Positions 39,949 to 49,900 of a DNA stretch of 64,000 nt are shown one piece after another. The notes beneath the pieces are model-generated. The model saw only the letters and a list, made by a program, of their open reading frames with translations, did no database searches and was not told the DNA's origin. The stretch is taken from the NCBI GenBank assembly GCA_050117845.1, contig JASFLY010000003.1:96001-160000 (forward strand), in the 5' to 3' direction. Numbering within the stretch: the first letter of the stretch is position 1; every line of letters begins with the position of its first letter. The stretch is from Candidatus Zixiibacteriota bacterium. GTDB lineage: Bacteria; RBG-13-66-14; B26-G2; WVWN01. Made by a program: the position numbers and the translations under genes.

Positions 39949-41214
39949 ATGGATACGGACCGTCTAATCGACAGGTCGGAATTCGGACCTTTGGCGGACT
40001 CGAGTCTGGTATATTTCGATTCCGCCGCGACGTCGCTTACGCCGAAGCGAGTCGTCGAAGCCACGGTTCGGTACTACCAGGAGGTGGGCGCGGCCGCAGG
40101 ACGGAGCGCCCACCTTCCTGCCGTCCAGGCTACGGCCCTGGTGGATGATGCCCGGGAAAGCGCCGCCGCGTTCTTTAATTGCCGCCCCGAGGAAGTCGTG
40201 TTCACGAAGAATTCCACGGACGGCATTAACCTCGTCGCCGCCGGTTTGCCGTGGAAAGCCGGAGATCGCGTCGTCGTGACGCTCTTCGAGCACCACGCCA
40301 ACCTGCTACCCTGGATGAGACTACGCGACGAACGAGGTATAATCCTGGACGTGGTACGGCCGCGGTCCGACGGTACCTTCACCGTCGACGATTTCGTCGA
40401 GCCGCTATCCCGACCCGGCGCGAAACTCGTGGCCTTCACCCACCGGTCAAACGTACTCGGAACGACGCTCCCCGCCGCCGAAATCGTGGTCGCGGCCCGC
40501 ACAGTCGGCGCGCTCACGCTGGTGGACGGGGCACAGTCGGCGCCGCACGAACCCATCGACCTCGATGAAATCGGTCCCGATTTCTTCGTCATGTCGGGCC
40601 ACAAAGCACTGGGGCCGAAAGGCGCCGGCGTACTGGTCGTGCGGGAACAGGCCTGGGACGAACTGGTGCCTTCGCGGCTCGGCGGCGGAATGATAACCGA
40701 CGTTTCGTTGGACGAATTCCGTCCCGCCCGCCCCCCTATCTGTTACGAGGCGGGGACGTACGACGTTCCCAGCATACACGGCCTGGGCGAAGCTTTCAAA
40801 ACGCTAACGGAATTGGATATGGGCCGCGTTGCCGCTCACGACCGATCGCTCGGTAAATACCTGTTCGACGGCATGCGCGCCGTTACCGGCATAAATTGCT
40901 ACGGCCCGGCCGAAGGGCCCGGCCGCACCGGAACCTGCGCTTTCTCCATCGAAGGATTATCCCCGCATCGCACCGCATCCCTCTACGACCGGCTCGGCGG
41001 TATAGCCGTCAGGTCCGGCCATCATTGTGCCCTGCCCCTCGCGACCGAATTCCTGGGGCGCCGGGAAGGCACGGTTAGAGCCTCCCTTTACGTATACAAC
41101 GACGCCGACGAAGTGGACCGTTTTCTGGAAGTGACGGAAAAAATCGCCGGCATGGCGCGTTCGTCGAGTCCTCCGCGCGCGGCCACGCGACAGGAGGCCA
41201 GCAACGATGTCTGA
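39949..41214 (+). CDS. sufS: Cysteine desulfurase, SufS/group II type
   Basis: YFDSAATS, EHHANLLPW, DGAQS, SGHK (PLP Lys), RSGHHCA. Confidence 0.88.
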   Translation: MDTDRLIDRSEFGPLADSSLVYFDSAATSLTPKRVVEATVRYYQEVGAAAGRSAHLPAVQATALVDDARESAAAFFNCRPEEVVFTKNSTDGINLVAAGLPWKAGDRVVVTLFEHHANLLPWMRLRDERGIILDVVRPRSDGTFTVDDFVEPLSRPGAKLVAFTHRSNVLGTTLPAAEIVVAARTVGALTLVDGAQSAPHEPIDLDEIGPDFFVMSGHKALGPKGAGVLVVREQAWDELVPSRLGGGMITDVSLDEFRPARPPICYEAGTYDVPSIHGLGEAFKTLTELDMGRVAAHDRSLGKYLFDGMRAVTGINCYGPAEGPGRTGTCAFSIEGLSPHRTASLYDRLGGIAVRSGHHCALPLATEFLGRREGTVRASLYVYNDADEVDRFLEVTEKIAGMARSSSPPRAATRQEASNDV

Positions 41215-41410
41215 CAAGTGCGAACTACTCGATACGTGTCCGTTCTTCCATCGTTGGAAGGGCAACACCGAGGAAGAAATACAAGGGTGGATTTCGGAAT
41301 ATTGCAACGACCTGGCGACGTCGGAGAAGTGCGCCCGTAAAATCGTACGGGGGTCCACCGGCAAGGCGCCGGCTGATAATTTCTCCCCCACCGGAGAACT
41401 GCTCGACTAA
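41207..41410 (+). CDS. Small four-Cys protein
   Basis: CELLDTCPFF...YCN...CARK...P.NFSPTG; AGGAGG RBS; overlaps the sufS stop. Confidence 0.8.
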   Translation: MSDKCELLDTCPFFHRWKGNTEEEIQGWISEYCNDLATSEKCARKIVRGSTGKAPADNFSPTGELLD

Positions 41411-41458
41411 GAGAAGAGGAGCCTACCAACGCGCCCTCGGGCGTACCGGGTTCATTCC

Positions 41459-41779
41459 GTGAAGACTACGGCGATATACGAAGGGGAAGCCATAAACGTT
41501 TACGCGGTCGACCTTTGCCACTACGGCGACCGGGGCGATTACGAGGTTTTCCCCGACAGAGAACTCCGGTTGGACGTGACCCGGTACGCCGACGACCTCG
41601 CGGCCGCCGGCTACCGGGTCGAATACGTCGACGCCGAGGTCTCTATTTTCCGCGACAACGCGGACACCGAATTCACCATGTACCCGGACGGCCGCTTGAT
41701 ACTGGAGAACCTAAGGCCCGGCTCGATAGAACAGGCCTTCGACGTCGCGGCCTTGATTATGGGCTTCGAACGAAAATAA
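41459..41779 (+). CDS. Hypothetical protein resembling the C-terminal domain of ThiF/MoeB (TBP-like fold)
   Basis: EFTMYPDGRLIL...EQAFDVA pattern. Confidence 0.5.
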   Translation: MKTTAIYEGEAINVYAVDLCHYGDRGDYEVFPDRELRLDVTRYADDLAAAGYRVEYVDAEVSIFRDNADTEFTMYPDGRLILENLRPGSIEQAFDVAALIMGFERK

Positions 41780-42057
41780 AACCAAGTCGGAAGAATTAAA
41801 CGCTTAATGAGAACGCAGAAACCAATTTGCCCCTTCCCCCTAAATGTCGGCGGCGCCGAAACCCGCGGAAGCAATAATCAAGGCGCCGCCGGCGACCTTA
41901 AACGCCGGGGGGCCGGCTTTACTGGACGCGACGAACTAAATTGTGCTATAATATGGGCTAATAACCCCTTTCAACAGTTTACCCTGTGGAAATCACCCCC
42001 AACGGTATAACGGCATAAAAAGGAGGGGATCCGGGCCACCCCCGTGCCCCCAGGTTT

Positions 42058-42888
42058 TTGACGCTCAAAGGAAACATAGCTGATTTCGACCTAGCGGATA
42101 TCATCCAACTGATAGGCCGGAGCAAGAAGACCGGCAAGTTGGTCGTCTCCGGCGGCCATAATTTCGTCACGATATACTTCAAGGAAGGCCGGGCGGTTTT
42201 CGCCAGCCCGGCTCACCAACGTGACTACCTCGGCAACATTCTTATACGCCGGGGCATCGTAACGCGCGAAGACGTGGACGAAGCCCTCATGGTCCAACGG
42301 AAACTCCGCAAGAACGGCCAAAATATCCGCATCGGTTCGGTCCTCGCCGCCAAAGGTAAAGTATCGCGGAAGACGCTGGAAAATTTCATCCGCATCCAGA
42401 TAGAGGAAACCGTGATGGCGGCCCTAAGCGAGACTACCGGCAACTTCGAATTCCTTCCGGAACTCGACCTCGACGACGGAGATATACTGGTGTCCGTTGA
42501 CGCTGAATGGGTAATACTCGAGACCTCGCGGCAAATCGACGAATGGGGCCTGGTCGGCAAAAAAGCCCCCGCTCGCGACGCCGTTTTCATTATCAATCCC
42601 GATCCGGAAACGGCCACGACGATGAGCCTGGAACTCGACGATTGGCGAGTCGTGAGCCTCGTGAACGGCGTCCGTACGGTTGAGGAAGTCGTGAACCGGG
42701 CAGGGATGTCCCGCCTCGTAGCGATCCAAACCCTCGCCCGACTCATCGAGCTAAACGTCGTCGTGGAGAGCCGCGCCGGGACCGAGAAGAATAACAAATG
42801 GACCTTCGTAACGGAAACCTACCAACAACAGCCCGCGCCCGAAAAAAGCATCCTGGGTCGAATCATCGACCGTATCCGCGGCATTTAG
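42058..42888 (+). CDS. DUF4388 (PatA_N) domain protein
   Basis: LKGNIADFDLADIIQLI..SKKTGKL, YFKEGR.VFA, LGNILIRRG, LETSRQIDEW, VNGVRTVEEV. Confidence 0.9.
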   Translation: MTLKGNIADFDLADIIQLIGRSKKTGKLVVSGGHNFVTIYFKEGRAVFASPAHQRDYLGNILIRRGIVTREDVDEALMVQRKLRKNGQNIRIGSVLAAKGKVSRKTLENFIRIQIEETVMAALSETTGNFEFLPELDLDDGDILVSVDAEWVILETSRQIDEWGLVGKKAPARDAVFIINPDPETATTMSLELDDWRVVSLVNGVRTVEEVVNRAGMSRLVAIQTLARLIELNVVVESRAGTEKNNKWTFVTETYQQQPAPEKSILGRIIDRIRGI

Positions 42889-42903
42889 TTTAGCGGTAAC
42901 CCC

Positions 42904-43449
42904 ATGACGAAAACGGCCGTTAAGATCCTTATTACCGGCGACGTCGGCGCCGGAAAAACAGAATTTATACGTACCATCAGTGAAATCGATATCGTGTCGA
43001 CGGATCGACGCACTTCCGACGAATACCGGGAACTCAAAGACGAGACTACGGTCGCGATGGACTTCGGCCGCCTTACCGTCGATGAGGAGCTGGTCCTCCA
43101 CTTATTCGGAACGCCGGGCCAGGTCCGCTTCGATTTCATGTGGGAGATCCTGTCGATGGGGATGTTGGGCTATATCATCCTCTTCGATTCCTCCCGACCC
43201 GACACGTCGCCGAGCACCAGGCGCATCATAGACTTCTTCGAAGAATTGGGTAACGTCCCCTTCGTCATCGCCGCCAATAAACAGGACCTCGAGGGCGCGC
43301 TCTCCCCGGAGGATGTATCGTACATCCTGGCCCTCGACGGGAAACGTCCCATACCGGTATTGCCCTGTCGGGCCAACGACCGCGGCGACGTTAAACGTGT
43401 ACTGTTACAGCTGTTCCACGAAATAGCGGCCGGCGTTCCGCCGGATTAA
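42904..43449 (+). CDS. MglA/CvnD-like small GTPase
   Basis: GDVGAGKT, TTVAMDFG, GTPGQVRF, ANKQD. Confidence 0.92.
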   Translation: MTKTAVKILITGDVGAGKTEFIRTISEIDIVSTDRRTSDEYRELKDETTVAMDFGRLTVDEELVLHLFGTPGQVRFDFMWEILSMGMLGYIILFDSSRPDTSPSTRRIIDFFEELGNVPFVIAANKQDLEGALSPEDVSYILALDGKRPIPVLPCRANDRGDVKRVLLQLFHEIAAGVPPD

Positions 43450-43530
43450 CGGCGTCCGGATCGCGCCGGGAGAATCGGATCTCGCCGGCGGTTCAAGCCA
43501 CGCCGATGGCCCAACATAACGAATATTAAA

Positions 43531-43561
43531 AGCCGAGGACTTCCGTCCTCGGCTCTTTTTT
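43531..43561 (+). terminator. Rho-independent terminator
   Basis: AGCCGAGGAC-TTCC-GTCCTCGGCT-CTTTTT. Confidence 0.8.
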
Positions 43562-43722
43562 CTCCGCTGGCCGGTACCGTTACCGGCCCCTATACTCGTC
43601 CCGTCCGAAGGCACCCCGCTCGCACGGGGATCCCTTTATTCACAACCGGACCCGGGAGCCTATCGCCAGCCGACCGCCTTGACGTCCATCGGAGTGGCTT
43701 CGCCCCCTCGGAAAAGGTCTCG

Positions 43723-44628
43723 TTAACCGGATACCAAACCCGTCTCGCCGAGAATGACCTCGCCGTAAACCGGCACGGCGTCGAAATCCTCGGTCGTGAA
43801 TTTATCCATTTGGGATTCGTGAACGAACAAACGGTTCATCGCGAACTTCAACATGACGGCCTCGACGGCCGGTAAGGCCACGCCGGCGGACTTCATCTGC
43901 CAGCTCACGATATCGGCCGCCGGCCCCATTAGATGGAAGCATCCGGCTTTCGATAACTTCACCTTGATCGCCTTGACGGCGATAGGCAGTCTCCGCTCGG
44001 ACTCCACGACGACACAACCGTCGCCCTCCGAAACCCAAATGTCCGGGCACAACGCGAATAACTCGTCTACCGGACCGGGGTTGGGACGTACCGCCCGGCC
44101 GCGGCCGTTTTTACCCCTAAGGGCCAGTTTTGAGCTCTCCAGGTATCCGTGTATGATGCAACAGTGACCTTTGTCGAGAGGTTCCCGTAAGAATTCCGGC
44201 TCCCCGTTCCACCCGTAACCTTCGACGAATATCGCAAGGTCGATGGGGTGAGCCATGACCTCGCGAACGTCGTAGAACTCTATCGAGAGCGAAGAAGCCT
44301 CCGGGAAACTCTCTTCCATCACCTCAGCCGCTTCCCCCGCAGCCGGCGGCGAGGGCGACGCTCGCAACATGCTTTCGACGAACCGGGCGGTAGCACCAGG
44401 CTCCCCAAAATTGGTCCGAACGGCCCGGAATTCCGGTATGTCCATCCGTTCGTGAACGTCGGGCCGGTTCCTCGGCGGTTCCTCGTGCAAGTCGAAGACT
44501 TCGCCGACAACGCCGTAGTGGCCGTTCAACCGGGCAAGCAAATTAAAAACCCTAACGGCCTCGCCCGGAAGGGAAACGACCTGGTAATGTTTTCTTCGGA
44601 GAAAATCCGGGGTAAGGGCTTTTTCCAT
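43723..44628 (-). CDS. Hypothetical protein (301 aa)
   Basis: Long ORF, GGAG RBS, normal composition; no family recognised. Confidence 0.7.
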   Translation of the reverse strand: MEKALTPDFLRRKHYQVVSLPGEAVRVFNLLARLNGHYGVVGEVFDLHEEPPRNRPDVHERMDIPEFRAVRTNFGEPGATARFVESMLRASPSPPAAGEAAEVMEESFPEASSLSIEFYDVREVMAHPIDLAIFVEGYGWNGEPEFLREPLDKGHCCIIHGYLESSKLALRGKNGRGRAVRPNPGPVDELFALCPDIWVSEGDGCVVVESERRLPIAVKAIKVKLSKAGCFHLMGPAADIVSWQMKSAGVALPAVEAVMLKFAMNRLFVHESQMDKFTTEDFDAVPVYGEVILGETGLVSG

Positions 44629-44709
44629 ACGACTTCACTCCGTCTCGACGAACACCGTACGTTTAAACCAACGGCGGCGCGCCCGCAAGGCCGTCGGCCG
44701 GGAAGGCAC

Positions 44710-46437
44710 CTACGTTACGCGCCGATTCCGTATCCCTTCCAACCTCATTAACAGTTTCGCCCACGAGAGATCGCACTCCGATATTTTTTGGTCGAGTATA
44801 CAAAGGAACTCGTCCTTAACCTCACGGTTATTCTTCAGGAGGTCCAGTTGGTGGAGGCGGTCTATAAAGAGCGGCGAGCCGGCCGGCGTCTCGCTTATCT
44901 CGGCCAGCAACGCGCGGCCCGTTTTCCGCCGGGTCGTGGCCTGTATGAAGTACTCCGCCAGGCATTCGTTTCGCGCGCTCCTCGACAAACTCAGCTTCGG
45001 GATCGTCTCGTCTTCGTGTTCGGCAGGCCGTTGCCGCAAGAGCACGTGGCCCGCCCGCAGCAAAGCCGGGTTCTCCTCGTCCTCGATGGAACGGGCGATA
45101 TCGTCCAGCTCGCTACTCGACAGATCGAAACTATTCAAACACATCATCGCCCCGAGCCGCCAATACCATTCAAGGTTTTTATCGGCGGCGTCGAAGCGGG
45201 CCAGTTCCTTTAACGCCGGAGAGTACTCCCGGCCGTACGCACCTAAACGGTAGCAGTAGTAATTATGGTAAGGTATCCGTACGCTTTGCCGGCCCAGCGC
45301 TATCACAAGGGCGCCGGCGAAGAAGAAGCGGGCGGCGAAGCGCCGTAAATAACGGAAGTTCTCCGAGAGCAACGAGGCCGTGGGGTTGTGCAAGAAGGTC
45401 GGTAAAACCAGCTCGAATACGGAATCGTCGCCCTCGCTTCCTAAAACGTCCAGGGCTTCGAAATAAGCCGAACCCCATTTCTCGAGGTCCCCGTCGAAGA
45501 TGTCGGCCTCGATGAAGTCGCGGGCCGCGGCCACTCGGTCCCCAACGGCCCTGGAATCCGTCGGGAACTCGTATCCGGCCGTCAACGCCGAGGTCGCCAG
45601 CAATTCCGGCGGCCTCATGTCACCGCCGAATCCTTTCCGGCACAAACCCTCGTAATCCTCTATGACCTTTCGGGCCTCATCCTTGGTCTTGGTGAAGATA
45701 AGGGCTTTATCCCGGAAACGAACGTACTTGCGGCGGCTATCGTCGCCTCCGTTGGCCATGGCCCGGTCCAATTCCACGAGGGCGAAATTGGCCAGGAAGC
45801 CGGACGCGCCGTCGGCCGTCCACGAAAAACCGCCACCGTTGTTTCCCGGTTTATCCAAACCGCGGGCCCAGAAACGGTATACGTCGAATAGCGCGGACAA
45901 CGATTCGGCCGCCCCGGGGACGCTCCCGCCGTTTCCGTTCGACAGCGACAATATCCCGTCGCGGAGGCGGTCGACGTTCACTTTCTCGCGGAGGGGCGCC
46001 ACGTCGATGGCCACGCAATAATCGTAGCGGCCTTTCGCCTCCTTGATGGACCGGAGATAACCGTTATCCCAACCGCTTGACCCGGCGTCCCAACGATAGG
46101 ACTTCACGCCGTCGCCCAGTTTCGAATCCAGCCGGGGCCCCACCTTCATTAAGAAAGCGTAAATTACCGCGAGATCGCAAATCGAAGCAACCGTCCGCGG
46201 CCTGAAACTTACGGGCGTCTCCGGCGTATTGACCTCGAGTAGAGGTTCGGGAGAGAAAAAACCCCCGTCAATATCCGATTTCAAGCGCCGGGCCAACCGG
46301 GCGGAATTCCATTTAACGTCGGCGTACCCGATCATATCGGCGATCGGGCTATATTCCGTATCGTTTAAGGCTCGGCCACACGCGGTCGAAACATCTTCGG
46401 CACTCGGCCATAAACGATTTACTACTTCTACTACCAT
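44710..46437 (-). CDS. Catalytically degenerate reverse transcriptase-like protein, paralog of the RT module at 54179
   Basis: Collinear with the first ~600 aa of the giant RT protein; YVDD replaced by FRDK (45706-45717); PQG lost. Confidence 0.85.
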   Translation of the reverse strand: MVVEVVNRLWPSAEDVSTACGRALNDTEYSPIADMIGYADVKWNSARLARRLKSDIDGGFFSPEPLLEVNTPETPVSFRPRTVASICDLAVIYAFLMKVGPRLDSKLGDGVKSYRWDAGSSGWDNGYLRSIKEAKGRYDYCVAIDVAPLREKVNVDRLRDGILSLSNGNGGSVPGAAESLSALFDVYRFWARGLDKPGNNGGGFSWTADGASGFLANFALVELDRAMANGGDDSRRKYVRFRDKALIFTKTKDEARKVIEDYEGLCRKGFGGDMRPPELLATSALTAGYEFPTDSRAVGDRVAAARDFIEADIFDGDLEKWGSAYFEALDVLGSEGDDSVFELVLPTFLHNPTASLLSENFRYLRRFAARFFFAGALVIALGRQSVRIPYHNYYCYRLGAYGREYSPALKELARFDAADKNLEWYWRLGAMMCLNSFDLSSSELDDIARSIEDEENPALLRAGHVLLRQRPAEHEDETIPKLSLSRSARNECLAEYFIQATTRRKTGRALLAEISETPAGSPLFIDRLHQLDLLKNNREVKDEFLCILDQKISECDLSWAKLLMRLEGIRNRRVT

Positions 46438-46475
46438 ATTTTATCTGCTCTTCGCCCTTTACCCATGTTTAGAGA

Positions 46476-46516
46476 CGGGGGAGCCCGGCGAACGGACCAG
46501 GCCGGGCTCATCCCCG
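46476..46516 (-). terminator. Hairpin between the peptide gene and the degenerate RT
   Basis: GAGCCCGGC...GCCGGGCTC stem extended by CGGGG/CCCCG; no clear U tract. Confidence 0.45.
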
Positions 46517-46532
46517 CACTCGGCTCCACGCA

Positions 46533-46685
46533 CTAGCCGTCGTGCTCACCATCGGGAGGTGGTGATTGTGGTGGCGGAATTATCGGCGGTTGTACGTCAC
46601 TGGCCGCCGCGATACTAGGAGCTAATATCGATAACAGAAAAACTACGATTATTGATGTAAGCGTTAATTTCCGTACTGCTCGCAT
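46533..46685 (-). CDS. Small secreted Pro-rich peptide (50 aa)
   Basis: AAAGGAGG RBS; MRAVRKLTLTSIIVVFLLSILAPSIAAA signal peptide plus SDVQPPIIPPPQSPPPDGEHDG. Confidence 0.8.
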   Translation of the reverse strand: MRAVRKLTLTSIIVVFLLSILAPSIAAASDVQPPIIPPPQSPPPDGEHDG

Positions 46686-46718
46686 AAATCCTCCTTTATC
46701 TTGACGATTACTACTATC

Positions 46719-46733
46719 GCAATTCCCGTGCCA
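46719..46733 (-). promoter_or_regulatory. sigma54 -24/-12 promoter
   Basis: TGGCACG-GGAA-TTGC, exact consensus and spacing, 33 nt before the peptide ATG. Confidence 0.88.
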
Positions 46734-46841
46734 ATCCGGTATCTCATTACATATGAGGCACTTACGCATCAGCGCGGGTATAAGGGAGGACGCTTTTTTC
46801 CGTTAATATTGGAGGAATTTAAGCGAATTTAACATGAAAAG

Positions 46842-46894
46842 GCCAAAATTGCTTTAAAAAACTGAATAAAAAACAACCGCCAAAATTGGCGGTT
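46842..46894. promoter_or_regulatory. Candidate upstream activator sequences and/or terminator of the bEBP gene
   Basis: GCCAAAATTG twice (46842, 46879); the second lies within the palindrome AACCGCCAA-AA-TTGGCGGTT. Confidence 0.55.
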
Positions 46895-46926
46895 TTTGAC
46901 GGTAAAGTCGGTAAAAATGGCCCGCG

Positions 46927-49900
46927 CTATTCTATCGGGAATTTTTCCTCCGGACTTATACCGTACTTTTTCATTTTGTACCTTAAGTTCGTTTCGGAAA
47001 TCTCCAATTTACGGGCCGCGGCCGCTTTCACCCACCTCGCCTCCTCGAGCGCCTCGAGAATCATCTCGCGCTCCAGGTTGGCCAGAGACTCGTTCAGCGA
47101 GGAACTGCTCGTGCTACGGCCCGGCCTTCCCATTTTCCTCAGGTTAACCGGGAGGGCATCGGGCTCGATAACGCGGCTCGACGTGGCCGTAAGGGCGTAC
47201 CGTACGCAGTTTTCCAGTTCCCGCACGTTTCCGGGCCATTCGTACGCCGTCATTATCGCTACGGCCTCCGGTGAGAACCGGGGCCTGTCTTTCGCCTTCC
47301 CCTGGTAATATGTGGTCACGAAATGATTCAGGAGTTCCGGAATGTCCTCCCGGTGTTCCCGTAAAGGCGGACAACCGATAAGGAAGACGTTCAGACGGTA
47401 GAACAAGTCTTCCCGGAACTTGCCGCTGGCGATGGCCTCCGGCAAGTCGGCGTTGGTCGCGCTTACGACGCGGGCCTTCAACGGGATGGTTTGATGCGTG
47501 CGACTGCCGAGCCGGACGAACCTTTTCTCCTGGAGGACGCGGAGCAGCTTGGACTGGGTATTCATATCCATGGCCGCGACCTCATCCAGGAAGATAGTCC
47601 CGTCGCCGGCGCGTTCGAAGAGGCCGATCCTCTTGTCGACGCCGGTCGCCGTCCCCTTTTCGATCCCGAACAACTCGCTCTCCAGAAGCGCCTCCGGGAT
47701 GGCCGCGCAGTTCACGCCGATGAACGGCGCGTCCGCGTTAGGGCTGAGCGTGTGGACCGTTCGGACGACGAGTTCCTTGCCGGTGCCCGACTCCCCGACG
47801 ACGAGAACGTCGACGTTGGCCTGGGCCGCCGAAGCGACGGCGCCCCGCAATTCCTCCATGACCTGAGACGAACCGACGAGCAGGGGTTTGGCCGCTTCCT
47901 CCCGCGGCGCGATGCTTATGGTGGCGAAACTCTCCTCCGAGCGGCGACGGCGCCGTTCGATTTCGTAGGCCGCGGCGCGCGCGAAGACCTGGGCGAAATT
48001 CAGGTCCTCCTCCGCGAAAAGGCTCTCGCGCTGAAGGCTGTCGAGGTAGACGACGCCCTGGAAGGCCCCGTCCCCCCCGGCGAGGGGGATACATATCAAC
48101 GAACGGATTCCGTGGAGCTGGACGCTGGCGCTGTCCTTGAAACGGAAGTCCTCGGCGGCGTTGGGGCTGAACACGGCCTTCTTGGATTCGGCGACGTGGC
48201 CGATAATCGTCTTGCTTATAACGGACGCATCCTCGATGGTGGAGTCGTCGACGCCGGCGGTTCCCTTAATCCGCAGGACGTTGTTGTGCTCGTCCAGGAG
48301 GAAAATCACGCCGCGGTCGGCCTCCAGCCTTTCGGCCAGATACGACAGTATAAACTTCAGAAGATCGTCGAGGTCGGGCTGGTCGGACAGTTCCTTCAAC
48401 CCGTCGGCCAGTTCCGCGAGTTTCTTCTCGCCTTCGTCGCTGTTGCGTTCCGCCATAAACAAGTTCCCTTCCAACTCGAATATTTTTACGCGGTACTTAT
48501 TCACGCCAATCTCGCCGAATAGAGTCTTGGCCTTTTCGAGGTCGTTCCGCGCCTGCCTTATTATATCAACGTCTCCGGCCCCGCGTAAAGCCTTTAACTT
48601 CAATTCGGCTCGCGCCATGTAGCAGCGCCCGAGGAAATACTTGCTGCTCAGCGCCGTAAAAGTGGAGAGTGCCTGGTCGAGGTACGCTTCCCCGAGGTCG
48701 GCGTCGCCTCGTGCTCCCGAGAGCTCCCCCCGGGTAAGCAAAACCTTCGCGTGTTCCAATTTGTCCCCGGAGTCTTCCAGGTTCTTAAGACAGCGCGCCA
48801 ATTCCTCCTCGGCCTCTTCGTAACGGCCGGCCAGGAATAGCACCCGGCCACGGAGGGAACGGGTATCGTCGACCTCCGTCCGGGCCCCTCGCTCCGTGAA
48901 CGACTCCTCCGAACGTTTCAGGTGTTCCAACGCCTCGTCTAGTTCGCCGTTCTCGGCCGCGATTAGCGCCCGATAATAACTAGCGTACCCGGGGATCGCC
49001 CCGGCCAGGGACTCCTCGGCGTCCAACTCGTCCAGGTAGAACTCGGCCCGGCGGTACTCTCCGGCGCGTATCATGTTCGCCGCGGACCCGACGTAAATCG
49101 ACGCCAGGAGTTCCGGATTGTCGATAAGTTTGCACTCCGCCTCGGCGGCCTCGAATTCCCGGGCGGCCCGTTTCACGTATCCCTGGTTGTGATATATCCG
49201 GGCCAGCCGGATGAGGGACGCGACCAGGGCGTAGCGGTCGTGGGCCCTCTTGGCCAGCTCGATGCTGCGCCGGGTCGCGTCTTCGGCCCGTTCCACGTCC
49301 GCCCTCCACAGCAGAACCTCGCCGGTCAGATTCAACGCGATGGAAGCCAGCCGGGGCTTGCCGGCCTCCTCGGCCAGTCGGGCCGTTTCGGCGAACGCGG
49401 CCAACGCGGCGTCGGCGTCGCCGGCGTAATAGGATATCGCGCCCTTGACGTAATTCACGTACGCCACGAGGTCGGGACGGTCCACCGCCGCGGCCAATGC
49501 CTCCGCGTCTCGCGCCAGCGTTATCGCCCGGTCGAAATCCCGGTTGCGGAAGTAGGTCCAGGCCAGCAAGGCCTGTCGCAGAAACCTATCCCCCGCTTCC
49601 AACTCGTCGGGCGGGAGACCGTCCAGGTCCCGGGCCGGCGCTTCGAAGTCACCCAACACCAAACGTTCCCGCGAGAGTTGCAGCAGCGCTTTTCCGTAGC
49701 CGACCTGGCCGGGCTTCCGGCACCGCACCAGGGCGTCGTAGTAGCCGAGGGCCGAGGCGTGGTCCCCCATGGCGGAATAAGCCTCCGCCAAATCGGTGAC
49801 CGCGTCCTCGTACGCCTCGCTGTACCAGTTGCCCTCGGTCGTCAGAGCCGCCTCCAGGAGTTCGACCGCGCGTTCGAAATCGTTCGTCCGGGCGGCGGCC

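Noticed and set aside
41582..41599. RYADDL in the 106-aa ORF looks like an RT YADD motif
   Set aside because: Protein too small and lacks other RT motifs; likely coincidence
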